A stretch of 64,000 bases of DNA from Schmidtea polychroa (Eukaryota): the NCBI GenBank assembly GCA_044892525.1, contig CM097885.1:7938001-8002000 (forward strand). Reading direction: 5' to 3'. This document shows positions 29,308 through 39,156 of the stretch, piece by piece. A program made the translations under genes and the position numbers. The notes below the pieces were generated by a model. That model searched no databases, was not told the DNA's origin, and saw only the letters and a list, made by a program, of their open reading frames with translations. The stretch's first letter is position 1, and every line of letters starts with the position of its first letter.

Positions 29308-31143
29308 GTAAGGACCGTAAATTATTATTTATTAATTTCACTATTAATGTTAATTCTCAACAATTTTAACCCTCTAATTGTACCAGAATATCATTTAAAT
29401 AAATTAAAGCAGTTCTTCATTATATTTTTGGGCTTTACTTAGGTATGATTTCGCAATTTCTTTATGATCATTACCGAATTTCTTCAGAGTAACATATTCT
29501 TGTTTTACTTTTGAATTCATTACCTTTATTACCTTCCTTGATTACGTCGTAGGACAAATGTTTCATATCACTTTGAACTGATGACTTGTAAAATGTTTGA
29601 CCAATCAATCCTTCGGAATCTCGGTAGCTGAATGTTTCCTTGATCATCTGCAATGATTTCAATATTTATGCAATTACTAATAAATCTATAAGTATAATCG
29701 TGTTGATTGAAGTTGGTTAGTGCCATTGATGACAACTAAACTGTGGAAATATATTGCAAAATAAGATGTCCTTTAATTTTTAATTATTTTTTAGTTAATC
29801 AACTCAAAGTTTGAAATGTTTACTGTGAAACAACTGTTAATATAATTTATAAAATTTAACAAGCCATAAATAGAAAATTCTTAAGAATATATTTCATTAA
29901 AAAATGAAAAATTAATTAATTTTCAAATATCATCAAAATTATAATTTTTAAAACCAAACGTAATTAAAATTAATTAAATTTAATAATTAACAAAATTCAA
30001 CTTATAATTAATTTTCTTTATTTTCAATTTAATGAAAAATTTTTTCCCTATTTAACGCAAAATATTTTCTTAATAAAAATAAATAACTTATTTTTAATCT
30101 CCAAATGTTAGAATTGACTTAAAAACCGAAATTTTATTATAATTTTATATTATCTTTAGTAATACAGAAATGCAAATTTGCAAGATTTGAATTTTATTAA
30201 AAATGATTTGTATTTGTTTTAAATATTATTATTGAAGGTTACCCGAACGGTAGTGCAACGCGGGAAATGTACCGGGCCTAAATTTATAATAAGTAAGGAG
30301 ATAGAAACAGTAGTGTGGTTATATACCCAACCAAAACAGCCCCCCCAACAAAAACATGCCTCCAAATCACTTAAGCTATTAGAAAAACAACCTAAAACTT
30401 ATACTTTTATAGTATTTTAACCCTATATTTTGAAAACAACCACCCTTAATGACTCTAACTGTTTTAATCTTTAAAGCCTCAAACTCAAAAGCTTCAAACT
30501 AAAAAGAGAATAGAAAAGAAAATGGCATTATGAAAAAGTTAGAGGGCTATTTGATCTTTATCAGATTATTGATTTTAAATTATATAAATTAAAAAATAAA
30601 TGAAAAATAGTAAAACTGCTCTGAGGGGACAGTGGTATTTTTTTTTTTTTCACTGTCCCCTCAACAGTTTTTTTTGATCCGGATCATTTTTTTTATTTAT
30701 CAACCTCTTTCGTTTATCGAATCTCTTCCAATATACAAGCTGGCCAGACTCATACATCAGAATCAATCCGATAATAGCAGCACACCTTATTATTCGCTTC
30801 TCGCTCGAATACGATTTCATCGGCGTTTTAAGTGTGCTGCTCGAAAGTACAAATGAATTCGAAAGCGAATTCGAAAGAGGTCCGAAAACAACTGAGAAAT
30901 AAATGTTCACATTAAAGAATCGATCCGGGGGTGTTCGAAAGACAGGTGGCGATAATTACCGGTTCGCCACCATCACCCGTTTCAATATTTTTTTTTTCAT
31001 ATTTATGTTTAAAAAATAATTAATTAATAAAAAAAAAAAATAAAATAAAATAAATAAAATAAAATATACAAGTACTTTATAAATATAAGATACCCACACT
31101 ATTTTCAATATTATTTTCAAATTTTTAATATTATTTTATGTTG

Positions 31144-31227
31144 AAAAAAAACTAACCTCAGATGTGATTTGAACCACTATCCATTTGAACCACTGTGCCA
31201 GTCTATTCCCACTGCGCCATCAAAGTT
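31144..31227 (-). ncRNA. Putative Pol III tRNA-like ncRNA unit, left TIR outer copy (type B)
   Basis: Minus strand reads AACTTTGA-TGGCGCAGTGG (A box)...AGTGGTTCAAAT twice (B boxes)...GAGGTTAG-T8. Confidence 0.6.
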
Positions 31228-31376
31228 TGAATTTTTGTCATTTTTTTAATTTTTAATTTATAAAAAAATAAAATAAAATAAAATAAATAAAATAAAATAT
31301 ACAAGTACTTTATAAATATAAGATACCCACACTATTTTCAATATTATTTTCAAATTTTTAATATTATTTTATGTTG

Positions 31377-31460
31377 AAAAAAAAACTAACCTCAGATGTG
31401 ATTTGAACCGCTAGCATTTTGAACCACTGTGTCAGTCTAGCCCACTGCGCCATCAAGGTT
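31377..31460 (-). ncRNA. Putative Pol III tRNA-like ncRNA unit, left TIR inner copy (type A)
   Basis: Minus strand reads AACCTTGA-TGGCGCAGTGG...GGTTCAAAAT...GGTTCAAATC...GAGGTTAG-T9. Confidence 0.6.
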
Positions 31461-31479
31461 TGGATTTTTTGTCATTTTT

Positions 31480-31701
31480 TTAAATAATCGATTCAAGTTC
31501 TTTTATTCTTTCCTGTAATTGTTTTATTTTATCTAATCTTTTCTCAGCTACTTCTACTGCATTCATGTAAAAATGTCGATACTTTTCATTCTCTACCACC
31601 AACTCTTTAATGTATTCTAATGGTTCTTCTTCTCTTCTTTTTATTCTCTTAAGTTTAACTTCATTCAATTCATTTCTCATTCTTTCAATAAAGTCAATCA
31701 T
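31480..31701 (-). CDS. Polinton small coiled-coil protein (73 aa), unknown function
   Basis: AAAATG start context, as in the other element genes; E/K/R-rich heptad pattern; divergent from the major capsid gene; stop codon at the TIR boundary. Confidence 0.6.
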   Translation of the reverse strand: MIDFIERMRNELNEVKLKRIKRREEEPLEYIKELVVENEKYRHFYMNAVEVAEKRLDKIKQLQERIKELESII

Positions 31702-31787
31702 TTTTATAAATTATTTTTTTATTGAATTCCCTTTTATTTTTATTTTTATTTTTCAACTTTTATTTTTATCAACTTTTATATATAAAA

Positions 31788-33080
31788 ATGAATAATATAA
31801 ATCTTAAAATTCAAGAAAAAAATAAATTAAATCTTGATTATAATAAAGAATTTACTTATGAAATTAAAAAAAATGATATTTTAAAAATCTCGCCAACTTC
31901 AGGATCTATTGCAAACTTAAATCGTAGGGGTGATATAGTTTTTCAATCTCTTCAAACATCAAACCCAATAGATATTTGTAATGCCAAATTATATTACAAA
32001 GTAGAATTAGAAATTGAAGCAAACAAAGATATAACCCTAGAAAATAATTTCTTTCCAAATTTATTCTCCAACATGAGATTAAAACTAGGATCATCAGAAA
32101 TTGAAACTGTTTTGCATCCGGGAGTATATTCTACAATGTTAAATTTTATTTTGACTGGTTGTGATTATAAAAACGAATATGGTGAATTAACAGGTTGGAT
32201 TCCTGATGTTAATAAAGGGGATTTAGATAAAGATGGTTTAGATGTAAACCATGGTTACCATAAAAGAGCTGAACTTTATAAATCTAAAAAATTTGAAGGT
32301 TATTTTGAATTAAAACACTTGTTTGGATTCCTTCAAAACTATAATCGTATACTTCATAATGTTTTTATAGAATTCATCTGTAATAGAGTAGAAGGTGATA
32401 AAAGATTGTTCTATGGAGCTGTAGATACAAAAGCTAAATTAAAATTATCAACACTTGAATTACATATACCTGAATGGACATTAAACCCACATTCTGAGAT
32501 TAAACTCCTTGAAAGATTAAATTCCAACAAGTCTATAAATGTAAATTATTTAAATAGAATCTGTAGTGAATTTAGTATGACAGAGGGTTCAACATATTCT
32601 ATAAAGGTAGCAAATTTAGCATACCGACCAAGATATATCTTGATTGGATTCAAAGAAGTAGATTCATCTTTCCAAAAAAATAACAATCTATTTATTCAAA
32701 AGATTGGAGATGATAATTTAAAAACAATCCAAATTCAATTAAATAGTTCTTATTATCCAATAAATAGAATGGAATTTAATATTGAAAATAATGAAAACAT
32801 ATTCCCATATCTAAATTATATTGAAACATGTTATGATTTCAAAGTTGAACCGCAATTAAGTTTAGAAGATTTCAAAAATTTATATTCTATATTTTGTATA
32901 AATGTATCAGACCAAGATGATCGATTAGCCATAAATTATGTTGATGTTACACTTCATGTAACAAAGGATTCTAATTTTAAAGCTAAAGTATATACATTAA
33001 TATTAGAAGAAAAGAAAATAGAAATGAAATTATATGGTGGAAAGATTTCAATTATTGAAAATGTTAGGGGAGATTCTTGA
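31788..33080 (+). CDS. Major capsid protein (double jelly-roll, Polinton PY/hexon-like), ~430 aa
   Basis: Start at AAAAATG (31788). Motifs NNFFPNLFSNMRLKLG..EIE, RPRYILIGF, IQLNSSYYP and FKNLYSIFCINVS; size and context fit. Confidence 0.85.
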   Translation: MNNINLKIQEKNKLNLDYNKEFTYEIKKNDILKISPTSGSIANLNRRGDIVFQSLQTSNPIDICNAKLYYKVELEIEANKDITLENNFFPNLFSNMRLKLGSSEIETVLHPGVYSTMLNFILTGCDYKNEYGELTGWIPDVNKGDLDKDGLDVNHGYHKRAELYKSKKFEGYFELKHLFGFLQNYNRILHNVFIEFICNRVEGDKRLFYGAVDTKAKLKLSTLELHIPEWTLNPHSEIKLLERLNSNKSINVNYLNRICSEFSMTEGSTYSIKVANLAYRPRYILIGFKEVDSSFQKNNNLFIQKIGDDNLKTIQIQLNSSYYPINRMEFNIENNENIFPYLNYIETCYDFKVEPQLSLEDFKNLYSIFCINVSDQDDRLAINYVDVTLHVTKDSNFKAKVYTLILEEKKIEMKLYGGKISIIENVRGDS

Positions 33081-33109
33081 TATAATCCCTGATATTTTAA
33101 CATTTTAAA

Positions 33110-34522
33110 ATGTCTTTAAATAAACCCTATTGGAGATGTGAAACTTGTAATTGTCAAGTTACAAGACATCATAAAGCAAGTCATCTTAAAACTAAAAAAC
33201 ATACAGTAGGTGACCTAATTCCACGAGCTGGAGGCGATTTGCAATCTTCAAAAACAACATCTTCAATATTAAAACCTTTTACTACAGAAAAATATCCAGG
33301 TGAAAGACATTTATTTAAACACAACTATACTGGACCAGGAACACGTCTAGATATTAGATTAGATGAAAATAATAATCCCAAACAAGGAGAAGAACCAATA
33401 AATAGAATTGATCAAGCAGCTTTAAAACATGACATTGCATACAATTCAACAAATCTTAGAGATAGACATGTTGCAGATGTGAATTTAATACATGATTTAA
33501 ATAGTATCCAAAATCCATCAACCCAAGAAAAGATTCAAAGAGCTCTAGTTAAATTAGCAATGAAAGATAAGATTTTCATAGGCTTAGGACACAGTCCGAT
33601 CACCATGGGTGCAAGACTTCCTAGGAAAGCAAAAGATGTTGCTTATAAAAAGATTATCGAACAAGCAGAGATTGAAAGATCCCTCGAGAGTACAGCCAAG
33701 ACTAGTTTACAAACCCCAACAGAATCAGAAATAAAATATGCAAAGGAATTACACCATGAATTTAGAAAAAATAAAAAATATTTAAACGTTCAAGTACATG
33801 AAAAAGATCAAACATGGTCTGCAGATTTAGTCTTTATGCCCAAATCATCAGACCCTGAAAAATATAAAATAATTTTAACTGTAATAGATTTATATACAAG
33901 ATTTGCTTTTGCAAGATGTTTAGAAAATAAAACAGGATATTCTATTACAGAAGCATTTGAAAATATATTTGAAGAAAATCAAAGAATCCCAAAATATTTA
34001 TGGTGTGATAAAGGAACAGAATTTTATAACAAAGTTTTTACAAAGTTTTTAAATGAAAATGATATTAAATTATATTCAACAGAAAACGAAGGAAAAGCAG
34101 TCGTAGTTGAAAGATTAAATAGAACATTAAAAAATAAAATGTGGAAATATTTTACTGCTATTGGAAAACAAAAATGGAACAATGAATTGTTACAAAAGAT
34201 TGTAAATGAATATAATAATGATGTACATAGTTCTATAAAATTAACACCTTTAAATGCTTCCATGAAGCCTGAAACCATTAAAGTGGTAAATATTGAAAAT
34301 GATGTTATTGAAAAACCAAAGTTTAAAATTGGTGACTGAGTAAGAATATTTAAATATAAAAATAAATTTGAAAAAGGATTCACAGCAAAATGGACAAATG
34401 AAATTTTTATTATAAATAAAATAAATTATACAACTCCAATAACATATAGCATCATTGATTTAAATAATGAAAAAATATTAGGTAGATTTTATAATAATGA
34501 GTTACAGAAAACAGATTTTTAA
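33110..34522 (+). CDS. ZnF - parvovirus-VP1u-like PLA2 - retroviral-type (RVE) integrase fusion, with in-frame TGA at 34337-34339
   Basis: ZnF CETC..H..TKKH; PLA2 NYTGPGT...NRIDQAALKHDIAY; DDE triad WSADL/WCDKGTEF/VERLNRTLK. After the TGA the frame continues VRIFK...FEKGF...WTNEIF...PITY...GRFYNNELQK to TAA at 34522. Confidence 0.9.
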
Positions 34523-34533
34523 GTCGACAAGCC

Positions 34534-35340
34534 CTAAAACAAACTTTTCCATATTTCAGCTTCTTCTCTATCCAAATAAATATAATTATATTTTTCTTTC
34601 CAATGATTATCAACAAACATATCAAACATATTCTTATCAGGTTCAACATTTGAAAATAAATCATTATAAATCATATTCTTATCACGGCGATCTAATTTAA
34701 AAAATATAAAACAATTGGAATTATTTCTTATTGAATTTTTATCTAAAGCATAATATGTTTGAGATATATAAATAACATTACAATTATTATGTCGACCTCG
34801 TGTAAAGTAACTCTTTTGAATCTCTTGATTTTTCATATTAACAACATCATCAAATATAACTAGATTCTTTTTATCTTTAGGAAGTAAGTCACAATGTAAA
34901 ACATCTTCAGGTTTATTAGAGAATAAAACTTGAATTGCCTCCTGCCCTTCTTCACAAATATAATCATTTTTATTACTAATATCTGATTCTAAAATCTTTT
35001 CCTTATACCAATCAACCATATCACAAGGTTGAAAAACTTCTTCAGGACACCTATGTTGATTTTTAAAAATATCAATTATTGCTTTTTTAGTTAATTTATT
35101 TTCAAATCCACATTTCAAAAGTTGTAATTCTGGTTGATTTATGGTTGTAGAATAAAAGATTAAATTATTATAATCTAAAAAATCATCTTCAAGTAACATT
35201 CTCAAAACAAGTACATTCTTTCCACATCCAGAAGAACCAACAATTAATAATCTAAAATTATCAGGAAATACTTTATTATTAAATTTACTCTTATGTCTAT
35301 TTAAAATTGGTTTCCAAATTATTGGACTTCGTACATCCAT
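34534..35340 (-). CDS. FtsK/A32-like DNA packaging ATPase (~268 aa)
   Basis: Walker A GSSGCGK(N), Walker B LVIFDD, and FTRGRHNNCNVIYISQ; AAAATG start at 35340. Confidence 0.9.
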   Translation of the reverse strand: MDVRSPIIWKPILNRHKSKFNNKVFPDNFRLLIVGSSGCGKNVLVLRMLLEDDFLDYNNLIFYSTTINQPELQLLKCGFENKLTKKAIIDIFKNQHRCPEEVFQPCDMVDWYKEKILESDISNKNDYICEEGQEAIQVLFSNKPEDVLHCDLLPKDKKNLVIFDDVVNMKNQEIQKSYFTRGRHNNCNVIYISQTYYALDKNSIRNNSNCFIFFKLDRRDKNMIYNDLFSNVEPDKNMFDMFVDNHWKEKYNYIYLDREEAEIWKSLF

Positions 35341-35355
35341 TTTGTTTATTATAAA

Positions 35356-35934
35356 ATGACAACTGAAGAATCTTTGCAAGAATTAATAAATTCAAATAAA
35401 AATAAATCAGTAGTAATTGATGGTAAAAAATATTTTATTGGAAAACATGTAAAAGAACAAGTTAGAGCGAAGCTCCACGAAGCTAAAGAAGGTGGCATTC
35501 TTCCATTAGCTGCTTTAATACCTGCAATCATTGCTGGTTTATCAGGTGCTGCTGGAATAGCTGGAGGAATTGCAACTACAGTTCAAAAAGCTAAAGAATC
35601 TCAAAAGACAGACCTAGAAAAAGAAAAACTACAAACTGAAATCGATTCAATGAAGAAGGTAGGGCAAGCTAAAGGGGGAGTGTCCGTTGGAAAGGGTCTC
35701 TATCTTAATCCATATGAGGGGAGTCGGCAAAAGTCTCAGGGCAAAGGTTTCTATCTTGATCCTTATAAAGGTAGAGGTTTAAATGATTTTTTAAAAAATC
35801 AAATTTCTACATCTGAATCTTTATCTTCAAAAGATAAAGAAGATTTAAAACAAATATGTAAATCTTTAAAGAATGGATGCCTTTGTAAAACTAAAAATGG
35901 TAAAGGATTATACTTGAAGCCCTTCGAACTATGA
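35356..35934 (+). CDS. Putative virion core/membrane-active protein with an adenovirus pX-like hydrophobic segment
   Basis: GGILPLAALIPAIIAGLSGAAGIAGGIA resembles the adenovirus pX C-terminus (GGILPLLIPLIAAAIGA); three GKG(L/F)YL.P repeats. Confidence 0.7.
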   Translation: MTTEESLQELINSNKNKSVVIDGKKYFIGKHVKEQVRAKLHEAKEGGILPLAALIPAIIAGLSGAAGIAGGIATTVQKAKESQKTDLEKEKLQTEIDSMKKVGQAKGGVSVGKGLYLNPYEGSRQKSQGKGFYLDPYKGRGLNDFLKNQISTSESLSSKDKEDLKQICKSLKNGCLCKTKNGKGLYLKPFEL

Positions 35935-35956
35935 TACCATTTTTGATACCATTAAA

Positions 35957-36813
35957 ATGGTATATGAAGAAAGATTAGCACTTTTAAAAAAATTACAATC
36001 AGAACAAGATAAATATAATAAAAAAGATACAACTCAACATGCTGAATCTATAATATTAAATGAGGTAATAACACAACAACAGGGGCCAACAATTAAAGCT
36101 ATAAAAGAGTTGGAAGATTTCAATGAGCAAGCAAAATTTAAAGAGTTAGAAGATAAAAAACAAAAAATAAAAGAACTAGAGTGGCAGGATAAAGAAAAGG
36201 AATCCAGTGAAAACCATCCTGAAAGAAATCAAAGAAAACGCAGAAGAATTTCTAATGTGGAAGAAGAAGAAATGTTTTTAAAAACAAAAGCTCTTAAAGT
36301 TGATCCTAAAATTAGAGATGATTTACCTCCTTCAATTAGACCCACATTTAATACTAATACTGAAGGATATCAAATAATAACAATTAATAAACAAAACTTT
36401 ACTTTATATTCAAATTCAGAAAATAAATCACGTATTCATTCACAAAATGTTTATAATAATGAATATTTAGACTTTGAATTTACAGATGATTTTTATAGAT
36501 TACTTTGTGGATATTCTTCAGATGATGTTGAAGAAATTAAAAAATATTTAAATTTAATAAGATTAATAAGAGCTAGTTCTAAAGCAAAATATATTCAAGA
36601 TTTAAAGAATTATTTAAATAAAAATGAAAGGGATTAATTAGTGAAGGTGGTAAACCAAATCCCATCAATCTTTTTATTGAATTAAGAAAACTATTAGCTG
36701 CAAGGAAAGCAGGACATAATAATTTAGATTCTGATATTTTAAAGATTTCTAAAGATTTGTTAAAACAAGGAATAATTTCAAAAGATAAATTTAATAAGTA
36801 TACGAAGTTATAA
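35957..36813 (+). CDS. Polinton conserved hypothetical protein, frameshifted near 36626
   Basis: The 226-aa ORF stops at 36637. The -1 frame (36628-36813, no ATG) reads KGL...NPINLFIELRKLLAARKAGHNN...DLLKQGII, a C-terminal motif I recall from Polinton proteins. Confidence 0.65.
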
Positions 36814-36835
36814 ATACGAAGTTTCAAAATACAAA

Positions 36836-37300
36836 ATGACTCCTTCAATATTAGATTTTTTAAAAACATTTGGAATAAATGCAAAAACAAATTTTGATTT
36901 AAAAGATTATGCAAATTATTTAAATTTAAAAATTAAAATATTAATGAATGATGAATTATCAAGTCTGGAGAGTCCCCTGAATATAATAATCAATTATCAA
37001 AATTCAAATGAAAAAGGATCTCATTGGGTTTGTATATATAAGAAATCTATCTACTTTGATTCTTTTGGGATTAAACCTACTAAAGAAGTTGAAGATTATC
37101 TCTTGAGGGGTTCTCCGATTGATTCCCCAAATGGTTATACTTTTAACTCTTTACAAGTTCAACCTTTGAATACTAAAATATGTGGTATTTTAAGTTTATA
37201 TGTTTTGTATAGATTGAATAAGGGAGAGGGAAAGGGGCATACGCAGGATTTTGAATCTATAATTCAAGAAATTTATAATGATCTAGAATCTCTACTATAA
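36836..37300 (+). CDS. Adenain-like (clan CE) maturation cysteine protease
   Basis: GSHWV, YFDSFG and QVQ.....CG supply the His-Asp-Gln-Cys catalytic set. Confidence 0.92.
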   Translation: MTPSILDFLKTFGINAKTNFDLKDYANYLNLKIKILMNDELSSLESPLNIIINYQNSNEKGSHWVCIYKKSIYFDSFGIKPTKEVEDYLLRGSPIDSPNGYTFNSLQVQPLNTKICGILSLYVLYRLNKGEGKGHTQDFESIIQEIYNDLESLL

Positions 37301-37348
37301 GGATTTTTACTATAAGAATTTTTACTATATGAATTTACTACTAAAGAA

Positions 37349-38113
37349 ATGGAGCTTCACAACCCTCCGGAAGATAATTTAAAAAAAATGGTAAACATAA
37401 TGTCAGATAAATATTCAAGAACTTTATCTATAAATTCAAAAGAATCAGAGTTTACTATAAACTTTCAAGATTCAATTAAATTAGATCAAAATTTAAATTA
37501 TGAATTGGGGCTATTATGGTTTTGTGCTTATAATACTATTTTTAATATAACTAAAGATAATAATAAATTTACTATTCAAACTCGTGATGGGCATAAACCA
37601 GAAATTATAACAATAGAACCTGGGGCATATGAGATAAAAGATTTAAATGATATACTTTCTAAAAAAACAAATGAAGGTATTAAAATTAAAATGGATATAC
37701 CAACTTCAAAATGTGTAATGACTTTGAAGAATATAAAAATTAGTTTTTTAGATAATTGTTTCTTTCACACAGTTTTAGGATTTAAACCTATGGATATAAC
37801 AATAAAAGAAGATAAAATAATAACATCAGAACATATTATAAAAATAATAAATACAAACACAATAAATATTCATTGTGATTGTATAACAGGTTCTTATAAT
37901 AATGGTAAACAAACAAATGTTTTATATTCCTTTCCCTCAAACACAGTTCCTATGGGATATAAAATAGTTGAAAGAATGAATCCTCCAAATTATTTACCTT
38001 TATGTAGAAAATATATAATGGATATTAATTTTAAAATTCTTAATCAAGAAGGAGAATTGATTGATTTTAATGGAGAAGAGATTTCAATGTATTTACATTT
38101 GAAACAGGTTTGA
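37349..38113 (+). CDS. Minor capsid protein (single jelly-roll penton, Polinton PX)
   Basis: FNIT..NNKF, PGAYEI.DLN, IHCDCITGSY.NG, GYKIVE...P.YLP, NQEGELIDFNGE. The true start could be a downstream Met. Confidence 0.85.
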   Translation: MELHNPPEDNLKKMVNIMSDKYSRTLSINSKESEFTINFQDSIKLDQNLNYELGLLWFCAYNTIFNITKDNNKFTIQTRDGHKPEIITIEPGAYEIKDLNDILSKKTNEGIKIKMDIPTSKCVMTLKNIKISFLDNCFFHTVLGFKPMDITIKEDKIITSEHIIKIINTNTINIHCDCITGSYNNGKQTNVLYSFPSNTVPMGYKIVERMNPPNYLPLCRKYIMDINFKILNQEGELIDFNGEEISMYLHLKQV

Positions 38114-38137
38114 AGATTCATTTTAAATTATTAATAA

Positions 38138-39148
38138 ATGAGTTCTTATATTCCATGTAATAGAGGTGGTGGAACAATAAAAACAGGGTTTAATACAGAA
38201 GAAATATTAACTTTAACAGAAAATAAATATATTAATGAAAGAGGTGATTCAATGAAGGGTGATTTAATTTTAAATGGACACAAGATAAAAGAATTATCTT
38301 TTCCAACTGATGAAGCTGATGCGGTTAATAAAAAATATGTAGATGGTGTTAAAAAATATACTGATTTAACAACAACAAGAATTGAAAGTTCATTAACAAC
38401 AAAAATTGATTCAATGGAATCAAAGCTTAATAATATCGAACAACGATTTAATGATAAATTTGACAAGTTACAAAGTCTGTTAACTGAACAAGTTGTAAAG
38501 TTAAATACTGCTATATTAAATTCTAAAGATAAACAAATTATGAATACTAAATTTAATACAATATATAAAATAATAAATGAGATGATTACATCATTTAATA
38601 AAAGAATTTCAAATTTAGAGTCTCATACAACACACATTAACACCACACATAGTATTAGAAAAAGAGCTGCTGAATTAGAACAGAATAAAACATTATTACC
38701 CCATACATATAAACATTTTATAGAACCAATTTTAATAACAACAAACAGTAAAGAATGGGGTGTTTTTATGGTTGTAAAAATTATTGATCCTTATTTCTTT
38801 TTGTTTGATGATGATAATGAAAGAATGAAATGGTTTGTGAAATGTGATTATAATAGTAAGCTTGAAAAGGGTGATGTTATAATGACTAGTTATGATTTAC
38901 CACACGGAGATTGGTATGTTAATACTCATTCACATGGACTACATAAAGTTAAAAGTAAGAATATTCATTTTTCTAGTTCACTTGTACAATATATAGATTT
39001 AATATTTTATGAAAAAAAGGTTGATGTTGATGAAGTTCGTAAAGCATTGAGAGAATTGTATAAAGATATCCTCTCAACAAGAGTTTCTTTTGATATCCGA
39101 GTATTGGTGCCAGATGGTGCTCAGAAGAATAAAGTCTTATTTTTTTAA
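38138..39148 (+). CDS. Putative fibre/spike-like protein (336 aa)
   Basis: KYINERGDSMKGDLILNGHKI...PTDEADAVNKKYVD tail-fibre-type motif, long coiled coil, then a distinct beta-rich C-terminal domain; directly follows the penton gene. Confidence 0.55.
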   Translation: MSSYIPCNRGGGTIKTGFNTEEILTLTENKYINERGDSMKGDLILNGHKIKELSFPTDEADAVNKKYVDGVKKYTDLTTTRIESSLTTKIDSMESKLNNIEQRFNDKFDKLQSLLTEQVVKLNTAILNSKDKQIMNTKFNTIYKIINEMITSFNKRISNLESHTTHINTTHSIRKRAAELEQNKTLLPHTYKHFIEPILITTNSKEWGVFMVVKIIDPYFFLFDDDNERMKWFVKCDYNSKLEKGDVIMTSYDLPHGDWYVNTHSHGLHKVKSKNIHFSSSLVQYIDLIFYEKKVDVDEVRKALRELYKDILSTRVSFDIRVLVPDGAQKNKVLFF

Positions 39149-39156
39149 TTATTAAA

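Larger units (their letters stand above)
30309..31485 (+). repeat. Left terminal inverted repeat (~1177 bp)
   Basis: Reverse complement of 44206-45381. By eye I found about 4 substitutions and a few homopolymer-length differences. Confidence 0.95.

Noticed and set aside
30233..30308. Polinton target site as an older LTR fragment
   Set aside because: It is GC-richer and begins with TG, but no second end or TSD was found.
30632..30910. 74-86 aa ORFs in the TIRs (also 44780-45091)
   Set aside because: No recognisable motifs, they overlap on both strands, and homopolymer differences change the start between TIRs.
31035..31485. CRISPR-like or spacer array in the TIR repeats
   Set aside because: Only two near-identical 233-bp units with no unique spacers, in a eukaryotic context.
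31722..31787. 22-aa hydrophobic N-terminal extension of the major capsid protein
   Set aside because: It starts at a non-ATG codon in a T-rich intergenic tract; the ATG at 31788 has the element's AAAATG context.
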